From positions 8,662,761 through 8,726,760 of the forward strand of contig SMSO01000031.1 of assembly GCA_004764695.1 (NCBI GenBank): a stretch of 64,000 nucleotides of DNA, given 5' to 3'. The DNA comes from Schizochytrium sp. TIO01 (lineage: Eukaryota > Protista > Bigyra: Labyrinthulomycetes). This document shows, piece after piece, positions 45,801 to 57,483 of the stretch. Each line of letters begins with the position of its first letter. Position 1 is the first letter of the stretch. The translations under genes were made by a program, and so were the position numbers. The notes under the pieces were generated by a model. It searched no databases, was not told the DNA's origin, and worked only from the letters and a program-made list of their open reading frames with translations.

Positions 45801-48183
45801 CTTCTGCGTGGAGCGTGCTTTTGATCTTAGATAATCAAACAAGCTGTAGAAGCTCGAGATACCCTCCTACGGCTGTGTCGTTCCTTCGAGTGGGCTCTTC
45901 TCATTTTCTTCGTGGAAGTTTTGTCGCTCAGAGGTTTGTGAAGATCTCACAGCGATCCTCGTAATTAGTTTAGGAGTACCTGGGGTGAACTACAGAAGCC
46001 CTGGCCAGACGAACTTGAACTGCACGAGCTACAGACGTAAACGACAACTTCTTACAAGGAGCATCGTCACGTTCTTAAACTACCGAGGCCCTTGAATTCA
46101 ATTAAAAAAGCAAACAAAAAGCAGAAAAACTAAGAAAAAGAAATAGGATGACAATTCACTCTGTAACTGGAGTAGAGCTTTTGTTACTTCTCGAAGACTT
46201 CTTGGTTTAGTACTAATGAAGTCTTGAGAGAACTTATAAAATAAGATCACAGTCTAGGACATGTTGGCCTTCTTCTTTTTTTGGTAATCGCGTTTGATTG
46301 GTCAAGGAGCTGAGGCCAGTACCTTTTCGATCTGCGTTTTATTGCGGATAACTTTCTTTGAAGAATACTATTGTTCGAAAACTTAGAGGGAGGTCTTTTT
46401 TTGGTTCTATAGTAACGAGTAGAGGTGCAGCCCAATTTATGACCACCACCTCGATGCAAGCTAGGTCCTGTCTTTTATGAGTTCGATATGACGAGGTAGG
46501 GCACCTAAATCGGCAAGAACAAAGTACAGGTGTTGTCTTCTAGCAAGGGGAAATATAATCGACTATTATTTATGTTATGTTAGCGCATAAAGTTCTTTCT
46601 CACCGAAGCCATGGCCTCTACATCTTTGAAGTTATATATTATCAACCTTTGTCAGAGTGCACATATTGGGTCTACAGCGCTGTGTCCGGAAAACCTTGAA
46701 TTTGTATACTCAAGCTAGTTGCGAAGTAAATGCATCGCTTGGATTGATGCTGTGCTTTCAAAAGAAATCTACACACTGGGAAAGTGACGCAATGGCTCCG
46801 CTTAATAGTTAACTAAGCACTTCATCGGCACCCTAAGCTTAGAAGAAGTCTGCAACGGGCCGGCCCTACATATGCTGTTCGAGTAGAAAACAATGCAGCA
46901 GAGTCATCTTACCTTAAAATCTGATACTAGAAAGAACAAGCTACCCCTAGCCTAGGTTGATCTTCCTAATAGACGTATATTTAATCATTAGAAAATTTGA
47001 TCAATTGGCTTATGTAAAGTTATGGTATAGGAAACGTCCCTAGAGGTGTTTCAAAATAAAGACGTCTTCTTCTACTTGGAAAAACTTCACATGACTTATA
47101 TTTTCGAGAGCTTTACGGTTCCATGAATGTTAGGTGTTGCTCTAATTTGGAAGTCTCTACATTTTTCGAAAGCTTTAATTTCCTGCCGAGTGGAGAAGAA
47201 GGCTTTTATGGGAACCAAATTTAGTTTATGAAGTATACATGCGTGGGTACCCACATTGGAGGCATTAGGGTTTTCACAATCATTTCTGTGCGTGGATATT
47301 CTGTATACCTATGTAAAATGTGGGAATACCATCTCTGATAATGCAGCAGTTGGATTCGTATACGCGACGTTTAGTAAATATAAGAAGCATCTTGAAATCC
47401 AAATTCTTGAAATTTATCTTTCAAATTTAGTCTCTAGCTCTGAAGTTTCACTCTTTTCAAATGCCTTGAGTAGGTTCGTCAGATACTAGGTAGATATTAT
47501 CTTTGTAAGATTTACCCTTCAATCACAAGCTGCATCAGCATAAATTGAGGTATTCAATTTCTCCTTATTACTTTTCACTGAATTCCAATCATGCTTGATT
47601 GCTGTAGCTTCAGCTTGCTAGGAGGGAATGTGCAACCTATTCTAGGCTGTACAAACTTCAAGGCAAAGTAACAATGTGCTCTACATCTATTGAATTTTCC
47701 TTCCTATTCTAGATTCGAGAAGAGAGCTTTCATCAGAAAACAGAGTCTTTGCTCTAGGGATGTTTCTGTAGGACTTACCAATGATATATAGGTCATCATC
47801 AACAAAGTCAACCATCATTTGAATGGGAAAGAGAACATGAAACGTGCTGGTATAGCTAAATCTCGAAAACAGAACTTCAGACTGGTTGGAGCTATAGGTA
47901 TAACGCAAATTTTCAATTTTAAACTGTGCCTGTTTTCCAATGTATAAACTGAATCATGTGTTCATCGTGTGGTTGTGCAAGTGTAGAGCATTGGCAAGCG
48001 TCTGCTTGCTAGCAAACGAAACAGTGAAGGTTCCAGATAACATTACATGTAAATTTAAATTTGATTAGTATCAGCGTCTGAGAAAAGCTACCCAAGCTAC
48101 ATGTATCGAGCATTAGATATAATTAAATTTTGAAGGCGAAAGTGTACAGTACAAAAAATGTAAATTCTCCATGCTCGCTCAAC

Positions 48184-48537
48184 TTAGTTTTGTGCGAGTG
48201 GGAGTACTGCTTGCGTATATAGCCTTGGGCGGTAGGGTCTGCTTGGCATTGAACCATCCGCATCCTGGGGATTACCTGAAGGGCTTGGTGTTGAACTGTA
48301 GGTGGCTGGATTGTAGACATGTGCTGTTGTCGAGGCTGGGGAAGGCGAAAGAGCCATTCTAGCTCTCTCATTATATACAGCTCTAATAAAGCCTGCTCGA
48401 CGCGGGGTAACCATAGTTCCAGTGAATGGATCAAGCACAAGTCCTTCGTTTGACCCTGCTGCTGACGCCGTTTCGGAGCCGCGCACCATCCGGCTTCGTG
48501 GAAAGACGACGGCTTCTTCTTCACTGCAGTCGCTCAT
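48184..48537 (-). CDS. Small hypothetical protein (117 aa), Ser/Pro-rich
   Basis: ATG in an AAG-ATG context inside a local GC-rich island; protein-like segment VLDPFTGTMVTPRRAGFIRAVYNER; no family recognised. Confidence 0.45.
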   Translation of the reverse strand: MSDCSEEEAVVFPRSRMVRGSETASAAGSNEGLVLDPFTGTMVTPRRAGFIRAVYNERARMALSPSPASTTAHVYNPATYSSTPSPSGNPQDADGSMPSRPYRPRLYTQAVLPLAQN

Positions 48538-49417
48538 CTTGATGATCAGATGCTCGATGGCTGCCTTGTGCTCGACAGGCTAGGGCTTGCCGCGACGCGG
48601 GGTACACGAGGCGAGCGACCGGGGCAAGTGGGCCCACAGAGCTTGCTACAATACCCAACTCAAAGTGGACGTCGAACACAAAAGCGCCAGGGTTCACGCC
48701 AGAGTTGAGGCACTTGGGCTGCACAGAACCAATTAGGGTTTGCTGCCAAGCCAAGGCTCGCTATTCCCTTATCGGTGCTTTTCGATAAAGATTCTCAAAG
48801 TTATACAAGCAAGGGGTAAAAACTTTTTGAGAGGAGAATCGAAGGAATTGAGCCTTTCAAACCCGATGCCCAAGCTAAAACATGTTCAGCCAGCACAACT
48901 TTTCCCCGCAGTCACCCAAACGCTATTCAAATCAACCTTACACTGTGGTTACAATAAGCCCTTAGTTTGGATCGTCACTTTCCTGTTTTCCTCTTAAATG
49001 TGCTCCCTCCGAGCCATCCAACTGAAGGGTAATTTGTACTAATTATGCATTTTTCCTATCTCCCTTTGTAAGGACCTTTCAACTCGGAGCCGAAGGGTGT
49101 ATGTAATTTTATGTTATATTCCCGCACCTGCTTACGCTAAGTATGTGCACAGTATTTAATATATTCTTTTTTTTATTTCATTCATCTTTTCAATTGACAG
49201 GAGCTTCGCTTGTCTTTCATCCTCTAATTTAGTTGTTTCCATTACTTTTCTTCTTCTAGCTAGCTGTAGCAGGTAGGTACGTACCTACCTACCTACCCAC
49301 CTTCCTCCTCGCCTAGCCAATGAATTACCCAATCGATACTCGAGTGAGCGCAGGGGAAGCGTGCCTTCCGTCCAGGCAGTTCTGCTATTCGACAAGAATC
49401 ATTAGCTGTGCTGGTGT

Positions 49418-49476
49418 CTTTCTTTCTTTCTTTCTTTCTCTTTTTCTTTCTTTCTTTCTTTCTCTTTTTCTTTCTC
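49418..49476. repeat. (TTTC)n pyrimidine tract
   Basis: Imperfect TTTC tandem array. Confidence 0.85.
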
Positions 49477-52385
49477 TGGCAATGCTTTCAAAGTAATTCA
49501 TTCAAACTTGCGCGTCCGGCCATTTGAAAGACCGCCTGCCTTCGACAACTGAGTCTATGAAAGACCCGTCTGTCATGGTCGGTCCATCGCCAGCCAAGGA
49601 AGGCCATAAACGTGGCTGACGGCGCGCTCGCATCGAGGCAAGCAAGCGAGCAAGCTCAGCCACGGACGAACCAATGCGCTTGATGGAAGGGATGGCCTCG
49701 CGAGATGCTCTTGGTCCCTCCGCCAGGCTTTTTTTGGAGAGTAGCGGCGGTTTTTTTCTCCCGTTTGAAAGGGAATAGAAGGGGCTCGTGGTGGGGAAGT
49801 TTTTTGGCTTTCTCGAGCTACTTTGGGCCCAACGGTTGAGGAATTCACTATGGTTAAGCTAGGAAAAATTAAGGTTTCATTAGTTCCCCCAGTGTACGAG
49901 TGTCCTGCGTTTATGGGGTAGCGCACTCGGTCTTGATGAGCGGCATAGCCAGCTAGCTACCTGCCGAAGCCGCGAATACGAGGCGGAATAACCATCGGGA
50001 GGAAATTGCCTCAGTCAGTCTCCATTATCTTGTGCTGCCTTGCAATCTTCGAGGTGTAATAACCGCCATCGTGGCTCTCTTTTCTTTTCCTATAGCCTTA
50101 TATAATTTACATGAATAAAGAGAGAAACTAGAAAAGCCTGCCAGGTTTCAGGTAAAACTACTATATTTTTAATACGCTCTAGCAGCAGCAACAGCCCTAG
50201 TTGTCCTTTCGATATGCTCCTCAATGTACCTACCCACAGCAGAGAATAGTACGTATATGCTTGTTTGCTGCTGTGTACGCATCTATAAGCTATCTAGATA
50301 AGTTTTCCTTTTGAGATGATTTATGCTTGCAGAAAAAATTGAAAGGCCTTCTCTGTGTTCTGGGTGGTACAAACGCGAGCTTTTTTTCTTGCTCTTACTT
50401 CTACCGTAGACAAATCCCAGACGCTCCAGGTAGCAATACTGTTTTGACTCTGCAAAAAGCTTTCAATCAGTGTGATATCGCATTCAAGGTATATAGCCAA
50501 GTAGTCAAAAAACCTGGTCAACCCCTAATAAAGAACCTGCGACAGGAAACGTTAAAAACAAAACTTTGCTGGCACAAAAAATAACTCTTTTTTTTTGCCG
50601 ACAACATCTATGTCAGCTTTGTGTTTTGTTGTCTAACTTCATTTGCCTTCCTTCGGTTGTGTTAGTGGTGTCAATTAACCAACTTCAAGACACATGAGCT
50701 GATGCAACTCAACACAGGATTTCCATGACCCTCAGTCACTGTCTTTCCCCAAGCAGTATATAGCTTTGATCGAGCAAACTCATCCTTTGTGCTGTACGGA
50801 ATGACATTTTATGACAAAGGAATAACCTCTCTCCCAAAATTGTCCAACGCAGCTACACCGGTGAGTAGGACCCTGAACTGGCAATTGTGATAAGAGAGAA
50901 GAATAGGAATTTAAAGTGGGTGCTTCAAAAGGCACATTTTGCCTTATCTCTCGCTTTAGAAGCCATCTAGGGCATCTATTTTATACGCTTTAATGTGCCA
51001 GAGTTATCAGCAGCAGGCTCTTTAATTACGTTAAGATGGTTGGCTATTTTCACTGCTGCCACATCTTGGCGATCAAACCACGAATTGGCGATTTATCAAG
51101 TAAACCCTACATAAATCAGAGCATCATTGCATTAAGAAAAACTACGCATATCGAAAAGTTTGCTTCTCTTGCTGTGTATCAGAAATAGATCATCGTGCAA
51201 GATTTGCACACTCACAAAAGACGTTGTGGTGATTACAGTAAAATGGTGAGCGCAAAGGTGAATAGTATTGTCACTTCAAAATTTGGTTAGTAACCTGGAG
51301 CTCAAAATCAGGAGACCAGGGGGGGAGAAGGGTGGGCAGAGAGAGTAGAGGAAATTAGACGAATAATGCCGGGCGAACTTTCTTCTCCTCACATTAAATC
51401 TATATCAACATTCCTATTTTTAAAGCTGGTGGGCGGTTTTAAAGTTGTTAAGTCATCTTATTGTTTTGACTATGAGCTTAGACTAAGTCCTATATATATC
51501 CGTTTCAGAGTGGTTATTTTCGATACAAGTAATAGGCTCTATTCGAGCATTTCGATGTATTCTCTGCTACAACAACTACTTAAGCGTGCGAAATATGATT
51601 GCTTGTCGGCTAGATCTATTTTAATGCTGAGGTCATATATATAAGGAGTGTTGAATTTCGTGATTTATGGATTTGATGGAGCACTGAATTGAATTATGAA
51701 GAAACCTTGTGATAGTCATCTGGAAGAAACATCCCTCTATCCAACAAATCAACATATGGAAGATGGAATGAAGACCGTCTTAGGGATTAAGCACTTCAGA
51801 GAAGAGCGAAACCTTTTATTTTAATAACATCGAGTTAACATTTAAGTTTGTTACTAGATCAAGGCAATCCCTCTTGTTGAGTATGTAACATCAAATAATG
51901 ACGTGCTGCTACTGAAGAGAGAAATGCGCATAAGGATGAATACCATGCTAGATAGTGAATTACACAAAACTACAGGCTCTTTGAAGTGTTTGTGTTATGT
52001 GGCTATCTACAAGCCTATTGTGAATTACAGCGATGTTGAGATAACAATTAAAGATATCAATTTTATAGGTAGTATATATTTCAGTATGATTAAAAGAGCA
52101 ATGTTAGGAAACGTGCTGTGAAATATTCAGCAAACTGAGCATGCAGCACTTTGCCTCTTGCTTTCGTTCCAGTGTTTATGATGCCTCTTTTGCTAATGTT
52201 CAAACAAAGGGGAAGTCTAGATGAATCTATCCTCCTTTCAGTATCTACGATGCAATATGCTTGGGTAGAAAGAAAGAGACGGCCATGTCTGTTATCTACA
52301 ATATTTATATTCTCAGTAATGAACTGGGCGAGCGGTTGCATTTATATAGTCGCATTTGTTCGTTCGTTCTTAACCAGATTCAGAG

Positions 52386-53069
52386 TTATTCATCTTCAGG
52401 TGTATGCTCAAAGCTTTCAAGTGTGGTGTTGTAGTCTACATCGTCGACGAAAAGCTCAAAGTGAAGCATGTCGCAGAAGGCGGACTCCAACTTATTAACC
52501 TCACTTTTACTTATCCCCGCAACCTTTGCCCACCAATCGGTGCTGATGACTCGATCCTCGCTCCACTTGACAGCAACGAGGAAGCCTGCCATGAGAAGAC
52601 GGTGGACGTTTTCACGGTTGATTGCAAAATCTGGTTGGATCTCCTCGAGGTGTCTAATATACATAATAGTCATCACTGCAGCTCGCACACCGGCAGACTC
52701 CCGGCCTCCAGCGTGGTTTCTCCATACATTTACGTATCTACTCAGGCGACAAATGTAGTCCTCCACGGAAATGCCAGGAACCTTGCCCTTGCTGAAAGGA
52801 TCATCTTTATTTACACGGTCTTCTGCCTCTAGGCGGAGCTCAATCTCATGTGCAATATTCAGAGTGATTCGTAAACCCTCCTCGTTCAAAGCGTTGGATT
52901 CACGAAGAGCAGCGCCTCTGGACTCATTGACGTCGCTGACGCTACTAGTTCCTGAGTCTACGCTTTGACCTGATGACGCTCGCTCAGGCCTCGCTCTGAG
53001 CACAAGGTTCCCGGCACGAGTTGACAGACGTTTGCTCAGCCTTGCTGAGGCTTCTGCGAGCCGACCCAT
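52386..53069 (-). CDS. PHO80-like / cyclin U (P-type) cyclin, paralogue 1
   Basis: PGISVEDYICRLSRY, NVHRLLMAGFLVAVKWSED, WAKVAGISKSEVNKLESAFCDMLHFELFV: typical Pho80/CYCU cyclin box. Confidence 0.92.
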   Translation of the reverse strand: MGRLAEASARLSKRLSTRAGNLVLRARPERASSGQSVDSGTSSVSDVNESRGAALRESNALNEEGLRITLNIAHEIELRLEAEDRVNKDDPFSKGKVPGISVEDYICRLSRYVNVWRNHAGGRESAGVRAAVMTIMYIRHLEEIQPDFAINRENVHRLLMAGFLVAVKWSEDRVISTDWWAKVAGISKSEVNKLESAFCDMLHFELFVDDVDYNTTLESFEHTPEDE

Positions 53070-54479
53070 TCTAACTTGGAAAACCTAGATACGCAACAAT
53101 ATCCGCACGCAGGTATCACAGAGTTTCTTTCTCTTGATTTCCTCTGCAATTGTCAAACTGTTCAGGTATCCTTCTCGCTTTGTAGAGCACCTGCCTGTCT
53201 CGTGGTAGCAGGTTTTTCTCAGACCAAGGTTGAAAAACAGTAGTACCTAGTCCCTAGTACTCAGTATCGTCGTCACCAAAGCGTGCAATTGCAAGTTCGG
53301 CCACGCGCTCTTCAAGCCTGCAGCTCCAGCTCGAACTGCTTTCAGTTTATTATTGTTTCAACCTATGAACGATTGGGCTTTGGTTCAAGCCTGATACACG
53401 TCCTCCACGCCAACGAGTGAGTGAGTGCTGTTGAGCGAGTGAGTTTGAGCGAGTGAGTGAGAGACAAAGTCACAGGTTTGCTCTCAGCATGCATCATCTT
53501 TCTTTTCACTTTTGCCAGAACTAGGAACCATATAGGATCTTCTATTGACCCTTATCCGTGTGCATGCCACTACTACAGAATCATCACAAGGTTACACCTA
53601 CCGTAAACAATAGAAGTCCACACTAACAGAATGATGATGCGTGTGCTCCCAAGAAAGGAAAGAAAGAACAATCTAACAACTTTCTAGTTTTCTTTTTGTT
53701 TACTAAACAATTAAACTACACAGATTTGCCCAATTTTAACAAGAGAAGCCTCTAACAGTCGTCGATGAGCTTCTATTACACCGCCCTCTTTACTACTTTT
53801 CCATTCTCTTTCCGGGTATTGTATTTTTATTTTATCTGGAGTGAAAGAACACGCAGAGCCTCCCCAGCTCGAGGAAAATGTTCTCCTACTTTTGCCTTGT
53901 TATTTATGCCCTCGCAACCTTCTCTCTGCCGTAGGAAACGCATTCGCGAAGAACAAGGCAGTTGCGAATAAGGAACTTGCACATGTCTCAGAACAGACTC
54001 AGAGCCGGCGATTTTAGAAACTCACCATTGGTAGAACTTGAAACAAGCTACTTCGAGGAGCCCAAGGTGGCCGAGCGAGCGAGCGAGTGCACCTTTGATA
54101 GCTTGTAGCGTTTCGCTTGAGTGCGCATTAGGGTGCACACTCCTATTCTGGTATATCTACCTTTGGTCGATCGATCAGGCCTCAAGTTGCTCAAGCTCAT
54201 GGTAAACTTGAAGCAAGCTTTACAGAAATGAGGTTCAGGTTCGTCGAATAACGTTCAAGCCTGGGTATCGAGTTGGTTCTTTGATCAGGTAATAGCTTGA
54301 GGACTCCGCGTCGAACCTGAAAATAAAACGTGTAGCGTTTTATTATTTTCATAATGTCACAGTAGCAAAATCTAAATCATGGCTCTCATGCGATCACGAG
54401 GCCTGCAAAACGTGAACTTGTACGATGAAAGGCCGGTTTCAGGCCATTGTGAGTCACGATAAATCGGGAATCGTGACGA

Positions 54480-55050
54480 GCTGATGACGACGATGATATC
54501 GGCGATGCCCAATTTCATGGTAGTGATTCATTCGCGTTTCCAAGTCGATCTATGCGCGGTGGAGGCGTCATCACGGTCTCGCACATTCGAGCGGCGATTG
54601 GACCTGCCCAAGACTCCCCTAAGACTCCCCTTTTGCGGGATGGCCTCGGTTTAATAATCTCCCCAGGAGGGGTACTCAGTGAGTTATGCGACTATGAGAA
54701 GTTTCACGTGCAAGACCTCGAACTTCAAGCGGAGCTGCCTGCAGCACAACAAGCTAAGCCATGACATATAAATCAACTTCAGAGTTGAAGACGAGAGCCT
54801 GATTCTTTGTTGAAAGATATCAAGTTCTCTTAGAGCGGCCTCGATCAGAGCAGCTCCGCAGGAAGATTCGAGAATCTTGCGGAGCGGATGCGGCTGAAGG
54901 CAGTTTGTCTGTTTGAGGCTCGCTTATTCCTGCAAGTTGGGACTTCTTGTTTGGCTTTAAGCGCAGCCAGCACTCGTCGAGAACGTCTTGAAGGACGCAT
55001 TTAAGGTCGCCTTGGAGAACTCGAGCTTGAGTTTACGCGTAGACCTCACT
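54480..55050 (+). pseudogene. Possible decayed coding sequence
   Basis: One frame reads protein-like through several stops: ...VLSELCDYEKFHVQDLELQAELPAAQQAKP*HINQLQS*RREPDSLLKDIKFS*...RFENLAERMRLK...RRERLEGRI*GRLGELELEF. Confidence 0.3.
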
Positions 55051-57483
55051 CAGCCTGAGCTACCATGGGTCCATCGTCTTCGCCAAAAAAATGAAAGTGA
55101 CAATCTGCATCGTGATGCGCAGTATGATGGTGGTGGGCAATTCTGCAAACCTGAAGAAGGCCAACTTGAAGTTGAGCTCTGATCACTGCGACGCACACCA
55201 CCTCGTACGGAGTCGGACGACCTCGGACAACTTTACGATTGCAGTGACCTTAGTGAAGCATTGCAGTACTAGTAGTAGTGGCAATAGATCTGGAACTGGA
55301 GATTGATCGTTGAATTAATCACTTGTCAACTGATTGCTAAGCCAAGTCATCTGCCAAGACGCTCTCTGCGAATCTCAGCTTGGAGTGCAAGATACGTTGA
55401 CACAACTTGAAGCGATGAGACTGATAGGCATATGGTGAATGACCTCGGTGAGGCATATGGTAGTGAACGATGAAGTTTAGTTCGTGGCATCTTCTCTTGT
55501 GGACCCTTCCGATCGCGCTCCAGCTCGCCCAGTTTGTGCAGATGACACCAGAATCGGCAAAGCTCGTTTGCTAAGCACAGCACCTACGTATAATAACTTC
55601 TCGGTTTTAGTATTATTTTTTTATTCTTGTCTCTATTTTACTTTCGATGAAGCATAATGTGATATATGAGAGAGTTACCAGGAAAGAGCATCTGTTCATG
55701 AGCGAGGGACTGCAGGGTCCCGTGCTTCATCCCAACAGTCACGAGTCACGCCGATTATACTCGAGCCCATGGTGGAGGCCATCTCGGTATTGCGACCTCT
55801 AGGTTTAATTTGTGCAGGTGTCATATTCATATTCTTTATGTTTTTGTAAGACATGAGATAAAAGTGCTTACTATTCTGGTTTTGCTTGGTTAGGAACTAG
55901 CAGGTGCCTATTGCAAACAGGCGCGTGCATGGAGTGTGTACCGATGCTGCGTTTCTTTCGAGTTCTTCAAGTATCTTTGCACTAGATTATACACAACGCA
56001 AAGTTCAGGCTCAAGGCTCAGGTAGTGCATGAAACTTCAAGGTGAGGTTTCAACTCGGTAGCTAGGTACCTACACTCTGAAAGATGATGCAGACCACCTC
56101 AACACTAACTTTGCGCCAGAGACTTTGAACTTGTGCGCAGGGTATCTAGTTAGAGCTACTGCTCACCTCTGACGGTGATGCCAAAACAAGTGCATGGCCG
56201 TCGCACTCACTTGGAGGTGCCACTGTTTGTAATGTGCATAATGACGATGTTATATCTTTGTGCAAAGGGCGGCTTTAGTTTCTAAAAGTCGATCATCATT
56301 TACTGCACCTTGAAGTTCTCTCATCGAAATACACACAGCTGCTTGAACCGAAGCTGCTGGACTGTCGGAGTTGGGACAGGATTCGTCAAAATCCAAGTTC
56401 ATCGTGATCTTTTAGGACGAAGTTACGAGCGAGGGAGATCTTCGTTCGAGTTGGCAGATTGCCACAAACTGGGCCAGTGACAGCTTTGAGCTCTTCGAGT
56501 TGGAAAACGCCTTCATCATGATTGATTTGACATCGTGCCTCTACCATCTTCCTTCCCTCGCTCATTGGTATCAAGCTACTATTTTAGAACAACAAGACTA
56601 AGAATTCTAACTAGCTGGAACGCGAGTGAACCCGCGAGCAGGAACCCTTAAGACGGGCGAGGTAGGAAGGCATGTGCCTCGGCCGCGTGCCCTGGACAGG
56701 AGAACCGCATCCTTTAACGACTTAAAGAAAAGGAGCAGCAAGAACATGGTGAAAGATCGCGCAAGTGCCTGCCTGGCGAAGCAGCTCTCGGGCTTCGTTT
56801 ATTGCAACTAAACTTGAGGGTCTTTCCAATACTGATACTTAGGTAGCCGTAACTATCGCCTCTTCTAATTATGGTTACTAGTATTAACGAGTGCGATTGG
56901 GTAAACACTCCATGGAAGACGCAGGTTTAGAACATCATATTTAATCAAATTCCTTGCATTGAAAACCTTCGACTGGTAAGGATGCTTAATCGGGGAAATG
57001 CGGCAATTCGCTCTGATAAAAGTTAATTCTTGTATTATCTTACTCCCTGAAACACCAGCGAAAGGAAACATGATGATGTAGTTAAAATTTGTTGTTATTT
57101 TCGATGCTCTTATTCATCGTTTGCGATTTGTTGATTCAATTTTATCTTTATTTGCCTGCTAAGATGTGCGACCTCGACAAATTCTTTACATTTGCACATG
57201 GAGTAATTTAATTTAGACAGTTGGCTTTTTCTAATCCTTTATAATTGCTTCCTTGGTGCCCGACTTGAACTTCAAATATCCAATTAGCCTTTGTGCGCTA
57301 TATCAGCGAGTCATGAAATATGACACAGTCAAAATCAAAACATTTCATGAACAAAAAAGACACAAGAGAGACAAAACAGAAAACTATTAATAAATGTCTA
57401 CACGGAATTATTTACAATTTTGGGGTGCTAGCTACAAGAGTGCTACAATGTGAATATAACGCCGGGATATTGCTTGGGTATAC

